From assembly GCA_963718875.1 (NCBI GenBank), contig OY970378.1, positions 605,373 to 669,372 of the forward strand: DNA of 64,000 nt. Reading direction: 5' to 3'. This document shows positions 1 to 10,910 of this stretch, one piece after another. Source of the stretch: Candidatus Parcubacteria bacterium. GTDB lineage: Bacteria > Patescibacteriota > Saccharimonadia > UBA4664 > JBIOIQ01. The notes beneath the pieces were generated by a model, which saw only the letters and a list, made by a program, of their open reading frames with translations, was not told the DNA's origin and made no database searches. Within the stretch, counting starts at the first letter, position 1. Every line of letters starts with the position of its first letter. Position numbers and translations under genes: made by a program.

Positions 1-514
1 GCGTTTTTTTCCGCTAATCGCGACGCTGTTTTTCTTTATTTTGGTTAGCAATTGGATGGGATTATTGCCTGGCTTTGGCTCAATTACTTATAAAACCCAC
101 GAAGGTGTTGTGCCGCTGTTACGTGGTGCCAATGCGGATCTCAACACAACACTGGCATTGGCCTTAATCTCGGTTGTTATGACCCAAGTCTATGCAATGC
201 GTGAACTAGGTGTTGTGAGCCATCTTAAAAAGTATTTTAGCCTCAATCCCATCATGTCATTTGTTGGCATATTAGAGATTATCGGTGAGTTTTCTAAAAT
301 GGTCTCGTTTTCTTTCCGGTTATTTGGTAATATCTTTGCGGGAGAAGTTCTCCTAATTGTTATATCTGGGTTGGTGCCCATAATCGGACCCCTGCCCTTT
401 TTTGGTCTTGAACTGTTTGTGGGTCTTATACAAGCACTTGTGTTTGCCACACTCAGTCTGGTATTTCTCACGATAGCTACTTCGGCTCATGGCCATAACG
501 AGGATGCGAGCTGA
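1..514 (+). CDS. atpB: F0F1 ATP synthase subunit a (5' end outside window)
   Basis: Reading frame is open back to the window edge, with no stop upstream of 41. Conserved subunit-a C-terminal helix (FRLFGNIFAGE). Followed by the c, b, delta, alpha, gamma, beta and epsilon genes. Confidence 0.8.
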   Translation, partial: RFFPLIATLFFFILVSNWMGLLPGFGSITYKTHEGVVPLLRGANADLNTTLALALISVVMTQVYAMRELGVVSHLKKYFSLNPIMSFVGILEIIGEFSKMVSFSFRLFGNIFAGEVLLIVISGLVPIIGPLPFFGLELFVGLIQALVFATLSLVFLTIATSAHGHNEDAS

Positions 515-583
515 ACATCAGCCGGACCGACCTCAAGGCCCTACTGAGGTACTTGCTAAGAATTAATTTAAGAAAGGATTATT

Positions 584-799
584 ATGGACAAAAATGTAAT
601 TGCCGGAGCCACTATCGCCATTGGAGGGATGTTGCCTGCTCTAGCTATCGGCTGGATGGGATCAAAAGCCATGGAGGCCATTGGTCGTAACCCGGAAGCG
701 GCTGATAAATTGCAGACCGTGTTGATTTTGGTAGTAGCTTTTGCAGAAGCTATTGCTATCTATTCGCTGGTTGTCGCCCTCTCCATCAAATTCGTGTAG
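584..799 (+). CDS. atpE: ATP synthase subunit c
   Basis: 71-aa two-helix hairpin proteolipid with a Gly-rich helix 1 and a conserved carboxylate helix. RBS AAAGGA upstream. Confidence 0.9.
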   Translation: MDKNVIAGATIAIGGMLPALAIGWMGSKAMEAIGRNPEAADKLQTVLILVVAFAEAIAIYSLVVALSIKFV

Positions 800-982
800 C
801 GGATTAATCTCTCGGTGCATTTCTTTGTCAGAATCTCCGCTCCGCGCTCGTCGTACCGACTAGTACGCCTTGCGCATAATCCGAGAAAGACGTTTAATCT
901 TTCTCGCCTCGAACTGCATCCGAGATATTAATCCTAAAAGTGTCCAAATGTCCAAATTCACAACCCTTCGCAAGGCTATTCT

Positions 983-1010
983 AAAGGTTAAAGGTTAAAG
1001 GTTAAAGGTT
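983..1010. repeat. Tandem heptamer (AAAGGTT)x4 plus one degenerate copy running into the atpF start codon
   Basis: Read directly: aaaggtt aaaggtt aaaggtt aaaggtt aaATGtt. An SD-like AAAGG is reiterated four times. Confidence 0.9.
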
Positions 1011-1012
1011 AA

Positions 1013-1570
1013 ATGTTATTTGTCGGAACAATATTAGCAGTAGCGGCTGACCATGCAGCTGAAGAAGTTGCTCAGGGTGGGATTGCGGCTATAGGACTTG
1101 ATCCTAAAGCGCTATTATTTCAGTTAGTTAACTTTGCGCTATTGTTTTGGGTTCTTAAGCGAGTTGCCTATAAGCCGATTTTAAAAGTTCTAGAGTCGCG
1201 TCGCCAGCGAATTGAAGAAAGCCTTAAAACTGCTCACGAAATAGAACTACGCGAAAAGCGCTTAGTCGAGAGCCAAGCGAAGCTGCTTCATGAGGCTCGA
1301 GAGGCGGCCGGTGATATTGTGGCCAAGGCGCGGATGCAAACGGCTGAATTGTTGGCAGAGTCGGAAGTTAAGGCTAAAGCTCAAGCCAGCAAAATCATCA
1401 GCGATGCACGCGGTCGCATAGAGCATGAGGTACAGTTAGCCAAAAAGGATTTGAAGCATGAAATGTCTGGGCTAGTGGCAGCTGCTACCGAAGCGGTATT
1501 GGACGAAAAAGTTGATGCTCGGCACGATAAAGCTTTGATCGAGCGAGCATTAGCAAAGGCAGTAAAGTGA
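1013..1570 (+). CDS. atpF: ATP synthase subunit b
   Basis: 185 aa with an N-terminal TM helix and a long charged coiled coil. Position within the atp operon. Confidence 0.8.
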   Translation: MLFVGTILAVAADHAAEEVAQGGIAAIGLDPKALLFQLVNFALLFWVLKRVAYKPILKVLESRRQRIEESLKTAHEIELREKRLVESQAKLLHEAREAAGDIVAKARMQTAELLAESEVKAKAQASKIISDARGRIEHEVQLAKKDLKHEMSGLVAAATEAVLDEKVDARHDKALIERALAKAVK

Positions 1571-1950
1571 AAAAAATATCTCGACTCAAGCTAGCTAAGG
1601 CGTTTGTGGCTCTAGCAAATTCCAAAAATCAAGGAGATTTATTGGTTGGTCTGGCGCAAGAGCTCATTAGCTCGCATCGGGTATCGGAATTGCCTTTAAT
1701 GGTACAAGACATTAATCGTGAGCTGTTGGCTCAAAAAGGCCATTTAGAAGCGACAGTAATTTCAGCTCACACACTTGATCCAGATGTAATGCATGAAGTT
1801 GAGCAGGAGCTTAAAAATCGGACTGGTGCTAAGACGGTCCGCGTAAAGAGCGAGCAAGATGCGTCTTTGGTGGGTGGAATTGTAGCCGAAACTCCCGATG
1901 AGGTTATAGATTTGTCACTGAAATATAAGTTGCAACAGTTGGAAACTTAA
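1567..1950 (+). CDS. atpH: ATP synthase subunit delta (short form, 127 aa)
   Basis: GTG start overlapping the atpF stop. Position between the b and alpha genes. OSCP/delta-like C-terminal region. Confidence 0.65.
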   Translation: MKKISRLKLAKAFVALANSKNQGDLLVGLAQELISSHRVSELPLMVQDINRELLAQKGHLEATVISAHTLDPDVMHEVEQELKNRTGAKTVRVKSEQDASLVGGIVAETPDEVIDLSLKYKLQQLET

Positions 1951-1974
1951 AAAATGTTTAAGGAGCTCTAAATA

Positions 1975-3543
1975 ATGGCAGAAAACATTACAGCACAAGA
2001 TATTTCGGCCGAGCTACGGGCCGCAATCGATGGCATTAAACAGCAATCTGGCGCCCAAAAAGTTGGCGTTGTTACTCGTGTGGGTGATGGCATTGCCTGG
2101 GTTTATGGGCTAAGAGATTGTGGTTCCGGAGAAATGATCGAGATTGAAACCGGCCACTCCAACGAGTACGTTCCGGCGTTTGCACTTAACTTACTGGAAG
2201 ATGAGATTGGGGCGGTGTTGTTAGGTGACGAGCAATTGGTAGCTGCTGGTGCAAAAGTTCGCCTTTCGGGACAGGTTTTAGATGTGCCTGTAGGGCCAGA
2301 GTTACTGGGTCGTGTTTTAAATCCACTAGGCGAGCCAATTGACGGAAAAGGCCCTATTAAGGCTAAAGCGCGTGGTGCGGTCGAAAAGGTTGCTCCGGGT
2401 GTGATTGACCGTAAATCGGTAGACACGCCACTCGCTACCGGAATTCTGGCCATTGATGCTATGATCCCAATTGGCCGTGGGCAGCGCGAGCTTATTATTG
2501 GTGATCGTCAAACAGGCAAAACTGCTATTGCTCTAGACGCTATTATTAACCAAACAAAAACTGCCAGTGGCGTCGTGTCGATTTATGTGGCAATTGGCCA
2601 AAAAATGAGTAAAGTGGCGCGTCTCGTGGATCGCTTAGATCAAGAGGGCGCGTTGGAAAATTCTATAATTGTGGCTACTTCGGCCGCCGATCCGGCATCT
2701 TTGCAATATCTAGCTCCTTATGCCGGCGCGGCTATGGGAGAGTATTTTCGGGATAACGGTAAAGACGCTTTAATCATATATGATGACCTGTCAAAACACG
2801 CCTGGGCTTATCGCCAAGTGTCACTTCTATTACGTCGGCCACCAGGGCGTGAGGCTTATCCAGGAGATGTGTTTTACCTTCATTCGCGTTTGCTCGAACG
2901 CTCTGCTAAGCTGAGCGACGATCTTGGCGGTGGGTCGCTGACAGCACTTCCAATTATTGAGACCCAGGGGAATGACGTATCGGCCTACATTCCAACTAAT
3001 GTTATTTCGATCACCGATGGTCAGATTTACCTTGAGACGGATTTGTTTTACCAAGGTATTCGACCGGCCGTAAATGTGGGATTATCGGTTTCTCGTGTTG
3101 GTGGTGCAGCTCAAACTAAGGCAGTTAAAACTGTGGCGGGTCCATTGAGGATTGATTTGGCCCAATTTAGAGAGCTAGCAGCGTTTTCGCAGTTTTCAAC
3201 CGATCTGGATACGGAAACCAAAGCTCGCATTGATCGTGGTCAACGCTTGACCGAGGTTTTAAAACAAGGCCAGTATGCACCTTATTCCGTGGCTGAGCAA
3301 GTGGTGCTGTTGCTTGCGGCAACCGAAGGTGTGTTTGATGCCGTGCCAGTTGAACAAATGGAAACAGTTAAATCTGACTTGGTTGATCAGGCGGGCTTGG
3401 AGCTAAAAGCGGAGTTGGTCGAGATTAATAAGAGCGGTAAGCTTGATGAAGATTCGAAGAAGGCTATTCTGGCTCTGGCTAATCGCGTGGCAAAAGAAGT
3501 TACTTCTAAAAAGGATGCACATGGCTCAGACCCAAGCAATTAA
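1975..3543 (+). CDS. atpA: ATP synthase subunit alpha
   Basis: Walker A GDRQTGKT and Walker [10 protein letters not shown]. 522 aa. Confidence 0.95.
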   Translation: MAENITAQDISAELRAAIDGIKQQSGAQKVGVVTRVGDGIAWVYGLRDCGSGEMIEIETGHSNEYVPAFALNLLEDEIGAVLLGDEQLVAAGAKVRLSGQVLDVPVGPELLGRVLNPLGEPIDGKGPIKAKARGAVEKVAPGVIDRKSVDTPLATGILAIDAMIPIGRGQRELIIGDRQTGKTAIALDAIINQTKTASGVVSIYVAIGQKMSKVARLVDRLDQEGALENSIIVATSAADPASLQYLAPYAGAAMGEYFRDNGKDALIIYDDLSKHAWAYRQVSLLLRRPPGREAYPGDVFYLHSRLLERSAKLSDDLGGGSLTALPIIETQGNDVSAYIPTNVISITDGQIYLETDLFYQGIRPAVNVGLSVSRVGGAAQTKAVKTVAGPLRIDLAQFRELAAFSQFSTDLDTETKARIDRGQRLTEVLKQGQYAPYSVAEQVVLLLAATEGVFDAVPVEQMETVKSDLVDQAGLELKAELVEINKSGKLDEDSKKAILALANRVAKEVTSKKDAHGSDPSN

Positions 3544-4387
3544 ACATCGTATTCGTTCAATCGGTAATACGAGACAAATTACCAAAGCCATGGAGCTAGT
3601 GTCTGCCAGTAAACTGAGACGGGCGCAAGAAGCCAGTATACAATCACGGGCTTATACGTCGAGTACGAAGGATATTTTGCAGCGACTAAGCCAGTTAACT
3701 GATGCGGCGACAGATCCCTTATTTCAGGTTCGTTCTGGCGATCGCAAGTTAATTATTCTGTTCTCCAGCGACCAGACTTTGGCGGGTGCCTACAATAGTA
3801 ATATCGCGCGCAAATTGATCGAGACGCTATCGAGTGCGGCTGATAAGACGCCAATAATTGCGGTTGGAAATCAAGGAGCTAAGTTTGCGGCTCGCTTGGA
3901 TAACGTAGAATTGCTAGAAGCTTTTTCCGGTTGGCCAGTAAGGCCAACTTCAACTGAAGTTCGGCCGATAGCTACTGAGGCGATGACCATGTTTCGAGAT
4001 AATTTAATAGATAGCGTAGAAATTATTTATACCCACTTTGTATCGAGCATTACTCAGCAAGTTGTAAGTGAAAGGTTGCTCCCGGCAACGTTGGAGTCAA
4101 CTCAAACACAAGAAAAAAGTCTTGAGGCGGCCGATGCGATTTTTGAACCATCACCAAAGGCAGTACTTGAGGCAATGATGCCAAGGTTGATTGAAGCACA
4201 GCTTTTAGGCGCTGCATTGAGTGCGGCGGCTTCAGAGCATGCTATGAGGATGCTTGCCATGAAGAACGCTAGTGATAACGCAGCGGACATTATTGATGAT
4301 TTGACGCTTGAATACAACAGTGCCCGTCAAGCTGGTATTACTCAAGAGCTAGCTGAGATTACTGGTGGAGCTGAGGCAATAGCATGA
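3521..4387 (+). CDS. atpG: ATP synthase subunit gamma
   Basis: Typical gamma N-terminus [44 protein letters not shown] 6 nt upstream. The longer ORF-track start at 3443 is rejected. Confidence 0.9.
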   Translation: MAQTQAIKHRIRSIGNTRQITKAMELVSASKLRRAQEASIQSRAYTSSTKDILQRLSQLTDAATDPLFQVRSGDRKLIILFSSDQTLAGAYNSNIARKLIETLSSAADKTPIIAVGNQGAKFAARLDNVELLEAFSGWPVRPTSTEVRPIATEAMTMFRDNLIDSVEIIYTHFVSSITQQVVSERLLPATLESTQTQEKSLEAADAIFEPSPKAVLEAMMPRLIEAQLLGAALSAAASEHAMRMLAMKNASDNAADIIDDLTLEYNSARQAGITQELAEITGGAEAIA

Positions 4388-4477
4388 TAGCAGGAAGCAA
4401 GATACAAGGAACAAATCACAGACAATTATCGAATACTCGGTATCAAATGCAAAACCAATTGGATCTTGACCACTTGA

Positions 4478-5923
<1,446 letters not shown>

Positions 5924-5928
5924 ATGGC

Positions 5929-6384
5929 ATGGCAGAACTAACATTTGAGCTAGTTACTCCCGAGGGAATCAAATTTACTGAAGAGGCATATGAAATTTTA
6001 CTGCCTACTCCCGATGGACAAATTGGTATACTTCCCCACCACCTAGCGTTGGTTTCATTGGCTACTGCGGGTGTAGTTAGCGTTCGTCGGCGCGCTACCG
6101 ATACGGATAGCCAAATGGAGCACTTTTCGACCACAGGAGGTCTTATTGAAATTGACGGAAAGCGGGTGCGGTTGCTTGCCGATTCGGCTGAACATGCAGA
6201 CGACATAGAACCTCTCAAGGTCCAGGAGGCGCTTAAGCATGCGCAAGACTTGGCAAAAACTGCTGGTAGCCATGTGGCGTTGGCGGATGCTACGGCTTTG
6301 ATTGAGCGCTATAGTTCACAACTTAAAGTGGCGGATATAAAAGGACGTCATCATAAACGTACTGAGAACCAATCGCCTAAATAA
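5929..6384 (+). CDS. atpC: ATP synthase subunit epsilon
   Basis: Beta-sandwich N-terminus (FELVTPEG...). Last gene of the operon. Confidence 0.85.
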   Translation: MAELTFELVTPEGIKFTEEAYEILLPTPDGQIGILPHHLALVSLATAGVVSVRRRATDTDSQMEHFSTTGGLIEIDGKRVRLLADSAEHADDIEPLKVQEALKHAQDLAKTAGSHVALADATALIERYSSQLKVADIKGRHHKRTENQSPK

Positions 6385-6640
6385 CGCTGAATCAAAAACC
6401 TCTAGATCTGTAAAGCCTCTTTTGCCACCCATCTCGGTGAGTGGATCCTCTTCCCTGAATTTATTTTCTTTCATTAACCGCGAGTTTTTTGTCAGGGAGG
6501 ACTTATATCTTTTTGCTCTGTTTATAGAGTTATATAATTTTCAAATTTGCTTGTTTCATATTACATCTGGCCGAACCAAATATGTTGGTATTTTTGGCAA
6601 ACAGCTGTATCCAGCCATTGCATTTTTTAATAAAGCCAAT

Positions 6641-6664
6641 AGTTATATAACTAGTTATATAACT
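6641..6664. promoter_or_regulatory. Tandem pair of the self-complementary 12-mer AGTTATATAACT, giving a 24-bp dyad
   Basis: Read directly. Lies in the 433-nt AT-rich spacer between the convergent atpC and rlpA-like genes. Confidence 0.4.
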
Positions 6665-6817
6665 CCTAGTAATCTCACAAAAAAACAAGAGCGCGCTCGT
6701 AGTAGATACCAAGAACTGTGTTTTTAACTACTTAAATCTTCAACACCCCATATGTCATTTTGAACGGCTGATTCAGCCTTTGTAGCACTATGGTTGCTTT
6801 TCAGCGTTCAAAAGGTG

Positions 6818-7453
6818 TTAGTCTGCAACTTTCAATAATATTGGCGATTGGCGGTTGTTGTTGCAGAAACGGCTACTAAAGCGGCTTTTGCACAGGTCAT
6901 AGCCACTGATACGTCCAAACCCAGTTGCGTTAACTATATTGAGCGCGGCTGGTGGTGGTGGAACGGAATGGATTTTAACGGGAATCGTGCCACGGCCTAG
7001 ATTGTCGAGCTCACGAAAACTACCGCGTGATAAGTCGATAACTCGTCCGGTCCAGGCTTCTGGGCCATAGTCGTTAACCAAGCAAACCACGGTTCGGCCA
7101 TTGTCAGTATTGGTGACATGAAGATATGTTCCGCGTGGGAATGTGCGCGAAGCGCAACTGAGGGCATCTGGGGCTGGTAGGCCTAGGGCGTACCAAGAGC
7201 CTCGACCTTCTTGCTCAGAGACTGGTTTATTAATAACGGGTTCAAATGTAATACTTTTAGTCTTTAAAGTGGTTAATATCTCGGTATTAACAGTTGGCTG
7301 AGTTACTGCAACAGCAAATACCAGCGAGCTGGTACATGCTGTCATGATAAGCACAAAAAAAGCTCGAAAAACTTGACGAGAAGTTTTTCGTTTTACCAAC
7401 TTCTTTTTGGTTAGAACATGATGTATCTTGCGTTTGGTCTTGGCTTTCATCAA
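6818..7453 (-). CDS. RlpA-like double-psi beta-barrel (DPBB) lipoprotein
   Basis: N-terminal signal/TM region. DPBB-like core SWYALG...GTYLHVTNTDNGRTVVCLVNDYGPE...RVIDLSRGSFREL, typical of the RlpA family. Confidence 0.6.
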   Translation of the reverse strand: MMKAKTKRKIHHVLTKKKLVKRKTSRQVFRAFFVLIMTACTSSLVFAVAVTQPTVNTEILTTLKTKSITFEPVINKPVSEQEGRGSWYALGLPAPDALSCASRTFPRGTYLHVTNTDNGRTVVCLVNDYGPEAWTGRVIDLSRGSFRELDNLGRGTIPVKIHSVPPPPAALNIVNATGFGRISGYDLCKSRFSSRFCNNNRQSPILLKVAD

Positions 7454-8541
7454 TATGTAGCTGTTTTATCTGTGGGGACAACAGAGTACCAAGTATTTCC
7501 GGCATTGAGCGGGATTGGCTTTCCGCCAGCGTCTAAGAGCGCTGTACGTGACGTGTGTGAGGCCTTGGACCAAGTTCCCGTTATAGCAGTGCCGTCCCTT
7601 ACAACAACCGCTTGGCCGCTTCCGGGCGTGCCCATGATTACAGTTTGCTCACCAATGCGAGTCGTACCAAAGCTAGTTGGCATGTATTGGATCACAATGT
7701 TTTTAACATGAATCTGGGTGCCGGTGTTGCGGTCGATATGTGGTGCTCCGGCCATAAAGCGAGCATAGTCGTTGGTGGCTGGGTCGTATTGGTATGTGAC
7801 CTGGAACCCAGAGTAGGAGTAATTAATATTGATGGTGGGGTGTGGAACAGGAGCGCCGGCGGGAGGCGGTGAGTCGGCTTTACGCGGGGACGGGGTAAAG
7901 CTAGCGGGTTGGTTGTAGTTGTATCTTGCTTCTTGGGTATCGAGCAAATCACTATTGGTATAAAGGTTATGCGGCGCGTAGCGGTCATTAACGCGATAGA
8001 AAGTCGGGGCTCCAATAGTAAGTCCATCAATATCTTTTAGCTTAAGCGGCCTGATAAGGTCAAGTGCATCGGCGTTGCCGCCTGCGTGAGCAACAGGTGA
8101 ATTAAACTCTAGTCCCCAGTCCACAAAATACGTTCGCAAGCTTCTGACTGGGCCTATTGTAGCGGGCCGGTTTTCAAGGAAAAAGGCTAAAAAGCGAGTA
8201 ATTCCTCCTTCGGCCAGAGCCTCATAAACCACGCCTGCTTGACTTAGTCCAGATTGAGGTCGGGAATTTGGGTGATTTTCTATTACGACCCCTGTTATTG
8301 GTCGATCGGCCAGTTCTAGCGCCATTACTACGCCCGTTAAGGGCGATGGCTTGGTGGTTGGTTTGGCAGCAACATGGGTTTTAGCGGTTTTTTTGGTAAT
8401 AGCAACAGGCTTAGTCGGTTTTGGTTTATTCAGCAGTTGATAGGCCGTAACACTAACACCGATTAGAAGAGTTGCAACTGCTAAACTTGCCAGTATGGCA
8501 AGTTTTTTGTTTTGCTTGAAATAGTCGACTATTCCGTTCAT
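7450..8541 (-). CDS. DUF3048 (YerB-like) membrane-anchored protein
   Basis: N-terminal TM region. ENHPNSRPQSGLSQAGVVYEALAEGGITRF motif characteristic of DUF3048. 4-nt overlap with the rlpA-like gene. Confidence 0.5.
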   Translation of the reverse strand: MNGIVDYFKQNKKLAILASLAVATLLIGVSVTAYQLLNKPKPTKPVAITKKTAKTHVAAKPTTKPSPLTGVVMALELADRPITGVVIENHPNSRPQSGLSQAGVVYEALAEGGITRFLAFFLENRPATIGPVRSLRTYFVDWGLEFNSPVAHAGGNADALDLIRPLKLKDIDGLTIGAPTFYRVNDRYAPHNLYTNSDLLDTQEARYNYNQPASFTPSPRKADSPPPAGAPVPHPTININYSYSGFQVTYQYDPATNDYARFMAGAPHIDRNTGTQIHVKNIVIQYMPTSFGTTRIGEQTVIMGTPGSGQAVVVRDGTAITGTWSKASHTSRTALLDAGGKPIPLNAGNTWYSVVPTDKTATY

Positions 8542-8592
8542 GAATTAAGTATAGCGCAAAAACGTTTAAGCTTAAAATTAACTTGAAATATT

Positions 8593-8617
8593 AAAAGCCC
8601 TCATAAGAGGGCTTTTA
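8593..8617. terminator. Perfect hairpin aaaagccctc-ataa-gagggctttt (bidirectional A/T-flanked)
   Basis: 10-bp stem read directly, ~17 nt after the stop of the 67-aa minus-strand gene. Confidence 0.6.
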
Positions 8618-8633
8618 ATATTGGGAATAGTTA

Positions 8634-8837
8634 TTAAACTACTGGGGCGTCTAGGCTGTCCCAGTCTGCCTGACCAACGAATTTGGTAAGGTTGCGGCCT
8701 TCGTATGAACCACGAAGGGCGTAGCGAACTTGGACTGAGCCTGATTTGGTGGTGCGCTCATACTTAGTTTTTTTGACATCGCTCTCAGGAACTTCGACAG
8801 AACTGCGGGTCTTTACGTCGTAAAATTTGACGCTCAT
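8634..8837 (-). CDS. Hypothetical small protein (67 aa)
   Basis: ORF with a downstream terminator hairpin. No recognisable family. Confidence 0.3.
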   Translation of the reverse strand: MSVKFYDVKTRSSVEVPESDVKKTKYERTTKSGSVQVRYALRGSYEGRNLTKFVGQADWDSLDAPVV

Positions 8838-8878
8838 ACTTGTACTCCTTTACGTACCTAGCACTATATATTTATGGC

Positions 8879-10333
8879 TTAGGCTTTGTCAACCTGTAAC
8901 ACGCTCAAAGTTTGTTGAATTCGGTTCAAAACTGTTTTTTGACCGAGAACAAGCATGGTTTCGAATAATCCAGGAGCAGCGGTTTTACCAGTAATTGCAA
9001 TTCGTAAAACGCTAAACAAGTTACCGGGTTTAGCGCTAAGTCTATCGGCCAGTCCACGTAAAGCCGATTCTAGGCTGTCGTGATCAAAGTTAGTAGTGTT
9101 TAATAATTTTTGGCTTTCCTCTAAATACAGCTGGATGTCATTCGATTCAACCTTTTTATGCTCTTTGATAGCTAATGGATCCGGATCGGTAAAGAAAAAA
9201 TCGGTTAGCTCGGGTATTTCTCCTAAAAATTTCAATCGTTCTTGGATTAATCCCAGTACTTGTCGGCGATACTGTGGGTCAAATTTCGCTGCCTCTGGAT
9301 GCCAAAAACTTTTAGCTCTTTCCCCTAGTTCTTCTAGGCTGAGTGATCTAATATAGTGGCCGTTCATCCAGGTGAGGCGCTCTGGGTCGAACGTAGCCGG
9401 ACTTTTTTGAATGCGTTCGGCTGTGAATGCTTTGACTAGCTCCTCGTGCGAATAAAGCTCCTTGGTGGTTCCAGAGCCTTCGTTCCATCCTAAGAGTGCC
9501 ATGAAATTAACTATGGCGTCACGTAAATATCCTTCGCGTCCATAATCGAGAATATCTTTGGCCCCGTCGCGCTTACTTAACTTTCGTTTGCCATCTGCGC
9601 CAAGGATTTGGGGTAAGTGGATAAACTTGGGCGGATCCCAATTAAATGACCGATAAAGCAGCAAATGTTTGGGAGTGCTTGGGATCCATTCTGCGGCTCT
9701 CATGACATGGCTTATTTCCATAAGGTGGTCGTCGACAACATTGGCAAAATGATAGGTCGGAAAACCGTCCGACTTGATACAGACAAAGTCATCGAGATCG
9801 GCAACGTTAAACTGGACTTCTCCGAGTACTATATCATCCCATTTAATAGGCTCGCTCGTTTCGGGGAGTTTGTAGCGCAATACATGGGGCTTTGATGGGT
9901 CGCCTTGATGTTCAAGACAGAATCGGTCATATTTGAAGGCGCGTTTGTCTTTCTGGGCCTGCTCGCGCAAGCTGGTAAGTCGATCGGGCGTACACCAACA
10001 GCGGTAAAGAGCTCCTTTTTTAATTAATTCGTCAGAGTATTTGTTGTAAATAGTCAGTCGTTCGGATTGCACGTAAGGTCCATATTTTCCGCCTGTCTGG
10101 CTGCTTTCATCTGGAAGTATTCCAAGCCACTCTAAGCTATCAAAAAGGTGTTTCTCCGCCTCAGGTACAAAACGCTCTCTATCGGTATCTTCGAGACGGA
10201 TAATAAAGACGCCCTTATGATGGCGAGCAAAAAGGTAGTTGAAAAGGGCTGAATGAAGATTGCCAATATGCTGGAATCCTGTCGGGCTGGGTGCAAAGCG
10301 AACACGGACGGGTTTAGAGGTGTTGGTTGTCAT
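8879..10333 (-). CDS. gltX: Glutamyl-tRNA synthetase
   Basis: PSPTGFQHIGNLHSALFNY (HIGH-class motif) and KLSKR (KMSKS). 484 aa. Confidence 0.9.
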   Translation of the reverse strand: MTTNTSKPVRVRFAPSPTGFQHIGNLHSALFNYLFARHHKGVFIIRLEDTDRERFVPEAEKHLFDSLEWLGILPDESSQTGGKYGPYVQSERLTIYNKYSDELIKKGALYRCWCTPDRLTSLREQAQKDKRAFKYDRFCLEHQGDPSKPHVLRYKLPETSEPIKWDDIVLGEVQFNVADLDDFVCIKSDGFPTYHFANVVDDHLMEISHVMRAAEWIPSTPKHLLLYRSFNWDPPKFIHLPQILGADGKRKLSKRDGAKDILDYGREGYLRDAIVNFMALLGWNEGSGTTKELYSHEELVKAFTAERIQKSPATFDPERLTWMNGHYIRSLSLEELGERAKSFWHPEAAKFDPQYRRQVLGLIQERLKFLGEIPELTDFFFTDPDPLAIKEHKKVESNDIQLYLEESQKLLNTTNFDHDSLESALRGLADRLSAKPGNLFSVLRIAITGKTAAPGLFETMLVLGQKTVLNRIQQTLSVLQVDKA

Positions 10334-10446
10334 TGAACTATTATAGTCTAAAACCTAGTATATTGCCTGAGCTTGTCGAAGGCCCAGGTTTTCGCGTGAC
10401 CCCTTCGACTCGGCTCAGGGAGTAAATGGGGTTACATTGACGAGAG

Positions 10447-10782
10447 TTAAAGGGCTAGTTCTGACGGGTCGATTGGCTCCCAAGAGTCGCCGTCTTTGCG
10501 GTACATTTTGGTTTGATGGGCTGTTTGAGCAGGGTCATAAACGTTTTGATAGCGTATTCCCCCACTAGCGGCCTTATGGTAGTGGCTTTTTTTATCAATA
10601 ATGGCTGGTCGGCTGACGCGTTCAAGGCGGTAATCTTGGCCACTGCGCGTAAACTCGATAAATGAAATGTGCTGAGTCAGGTCTTCCCTATCTTCCAGCG
10701 GTTCTTGGGTTTTGCCGTGACGGTTTAAGCCAAACTTTTCATCAATGGCGTCAACTATTTTGTCCCACGATACGTCTTCCAT
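10447..10782 (-). CDS. Hypothetical protein (111 aa)
   Basis: ORF only. Its start abuts a perfect palindrome. Confidence 0.35.
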   Translation of the reverse strand: MEDVSWDKIVDAIDEKFGLNRHGKTQEPLEDREDLTQHISFIEFTRSGQDYRLERVSRPAIIDKKSHYHKAASGGIRYQNVYDPAQTAHQTKMYRKDGDSWEPIDPSELAL

Positions 10783-10783
10783 G

Positions 10784-10813
10784 AATTTATCATAACAGGG
10801 TTATGATAAATTC
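10784..10813. promoter_or_regulatory. Perfect 14-bp-arm inverted repeat gaatttatcataac-agg-gttatgataaattc (putative operator)
   Basis: Read directly. Lies in the divergent region between the 111-aa gene (-) and the PTPS-like gene (+), abutting the minus-gene start codon. Confidence 0.5.
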
Positions 10814-10910
10814 TAAAATTCTAAGTGCCAAACCGATCCAAGTTCAAAATTTTAATTCTCCAACTAGAGTTGCTTGAGTTGGTGTACTAGTATTGTGCTA
10901 GTATAGCTAG

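Noticed and set aside
983-1010. Possible CRISPR-like array because of regular tandem repeats
   Set aside because: Repeat unit is only 7 nt with no spacers. No other direct-repeat/spacer architecture was seen anywhere in the window, and no cas genes.
2103-2453. 116-aa and 61-aa minus-strand ORFs inside atpA. Similar antisense ORFs lie inside atpB (190-471), atpG, atpD, rplA (52221-52754), rplK/nusG (53470-54102), the GT-C gene (40961-41428), gltX, dnaB and dnaX.
   Set aside because: All are embedded antisense in well-supported conserved genes and have low-complexity translations.
3443-3520. ORF-track N-terminal extension of atpG ([12 protein letters not shown]...), and similarly 4478-4534 of atpD, 48026-48064 of thyA and 17289-17327 of the PEGA gene
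   Set aside because: Canonical N-termini with proper RBS begin at the internal ATGs. The extensions overlap upstream genes or promoter DNA and read as junk peptides.
6422-6727. 101-aa ORF in the post-atpC spacer
   Set aside because: AT-rich and low-complexity (FFSFINREFFV..., ITSYITPSNL). It overlaps the palindromic repeats. No RBS.
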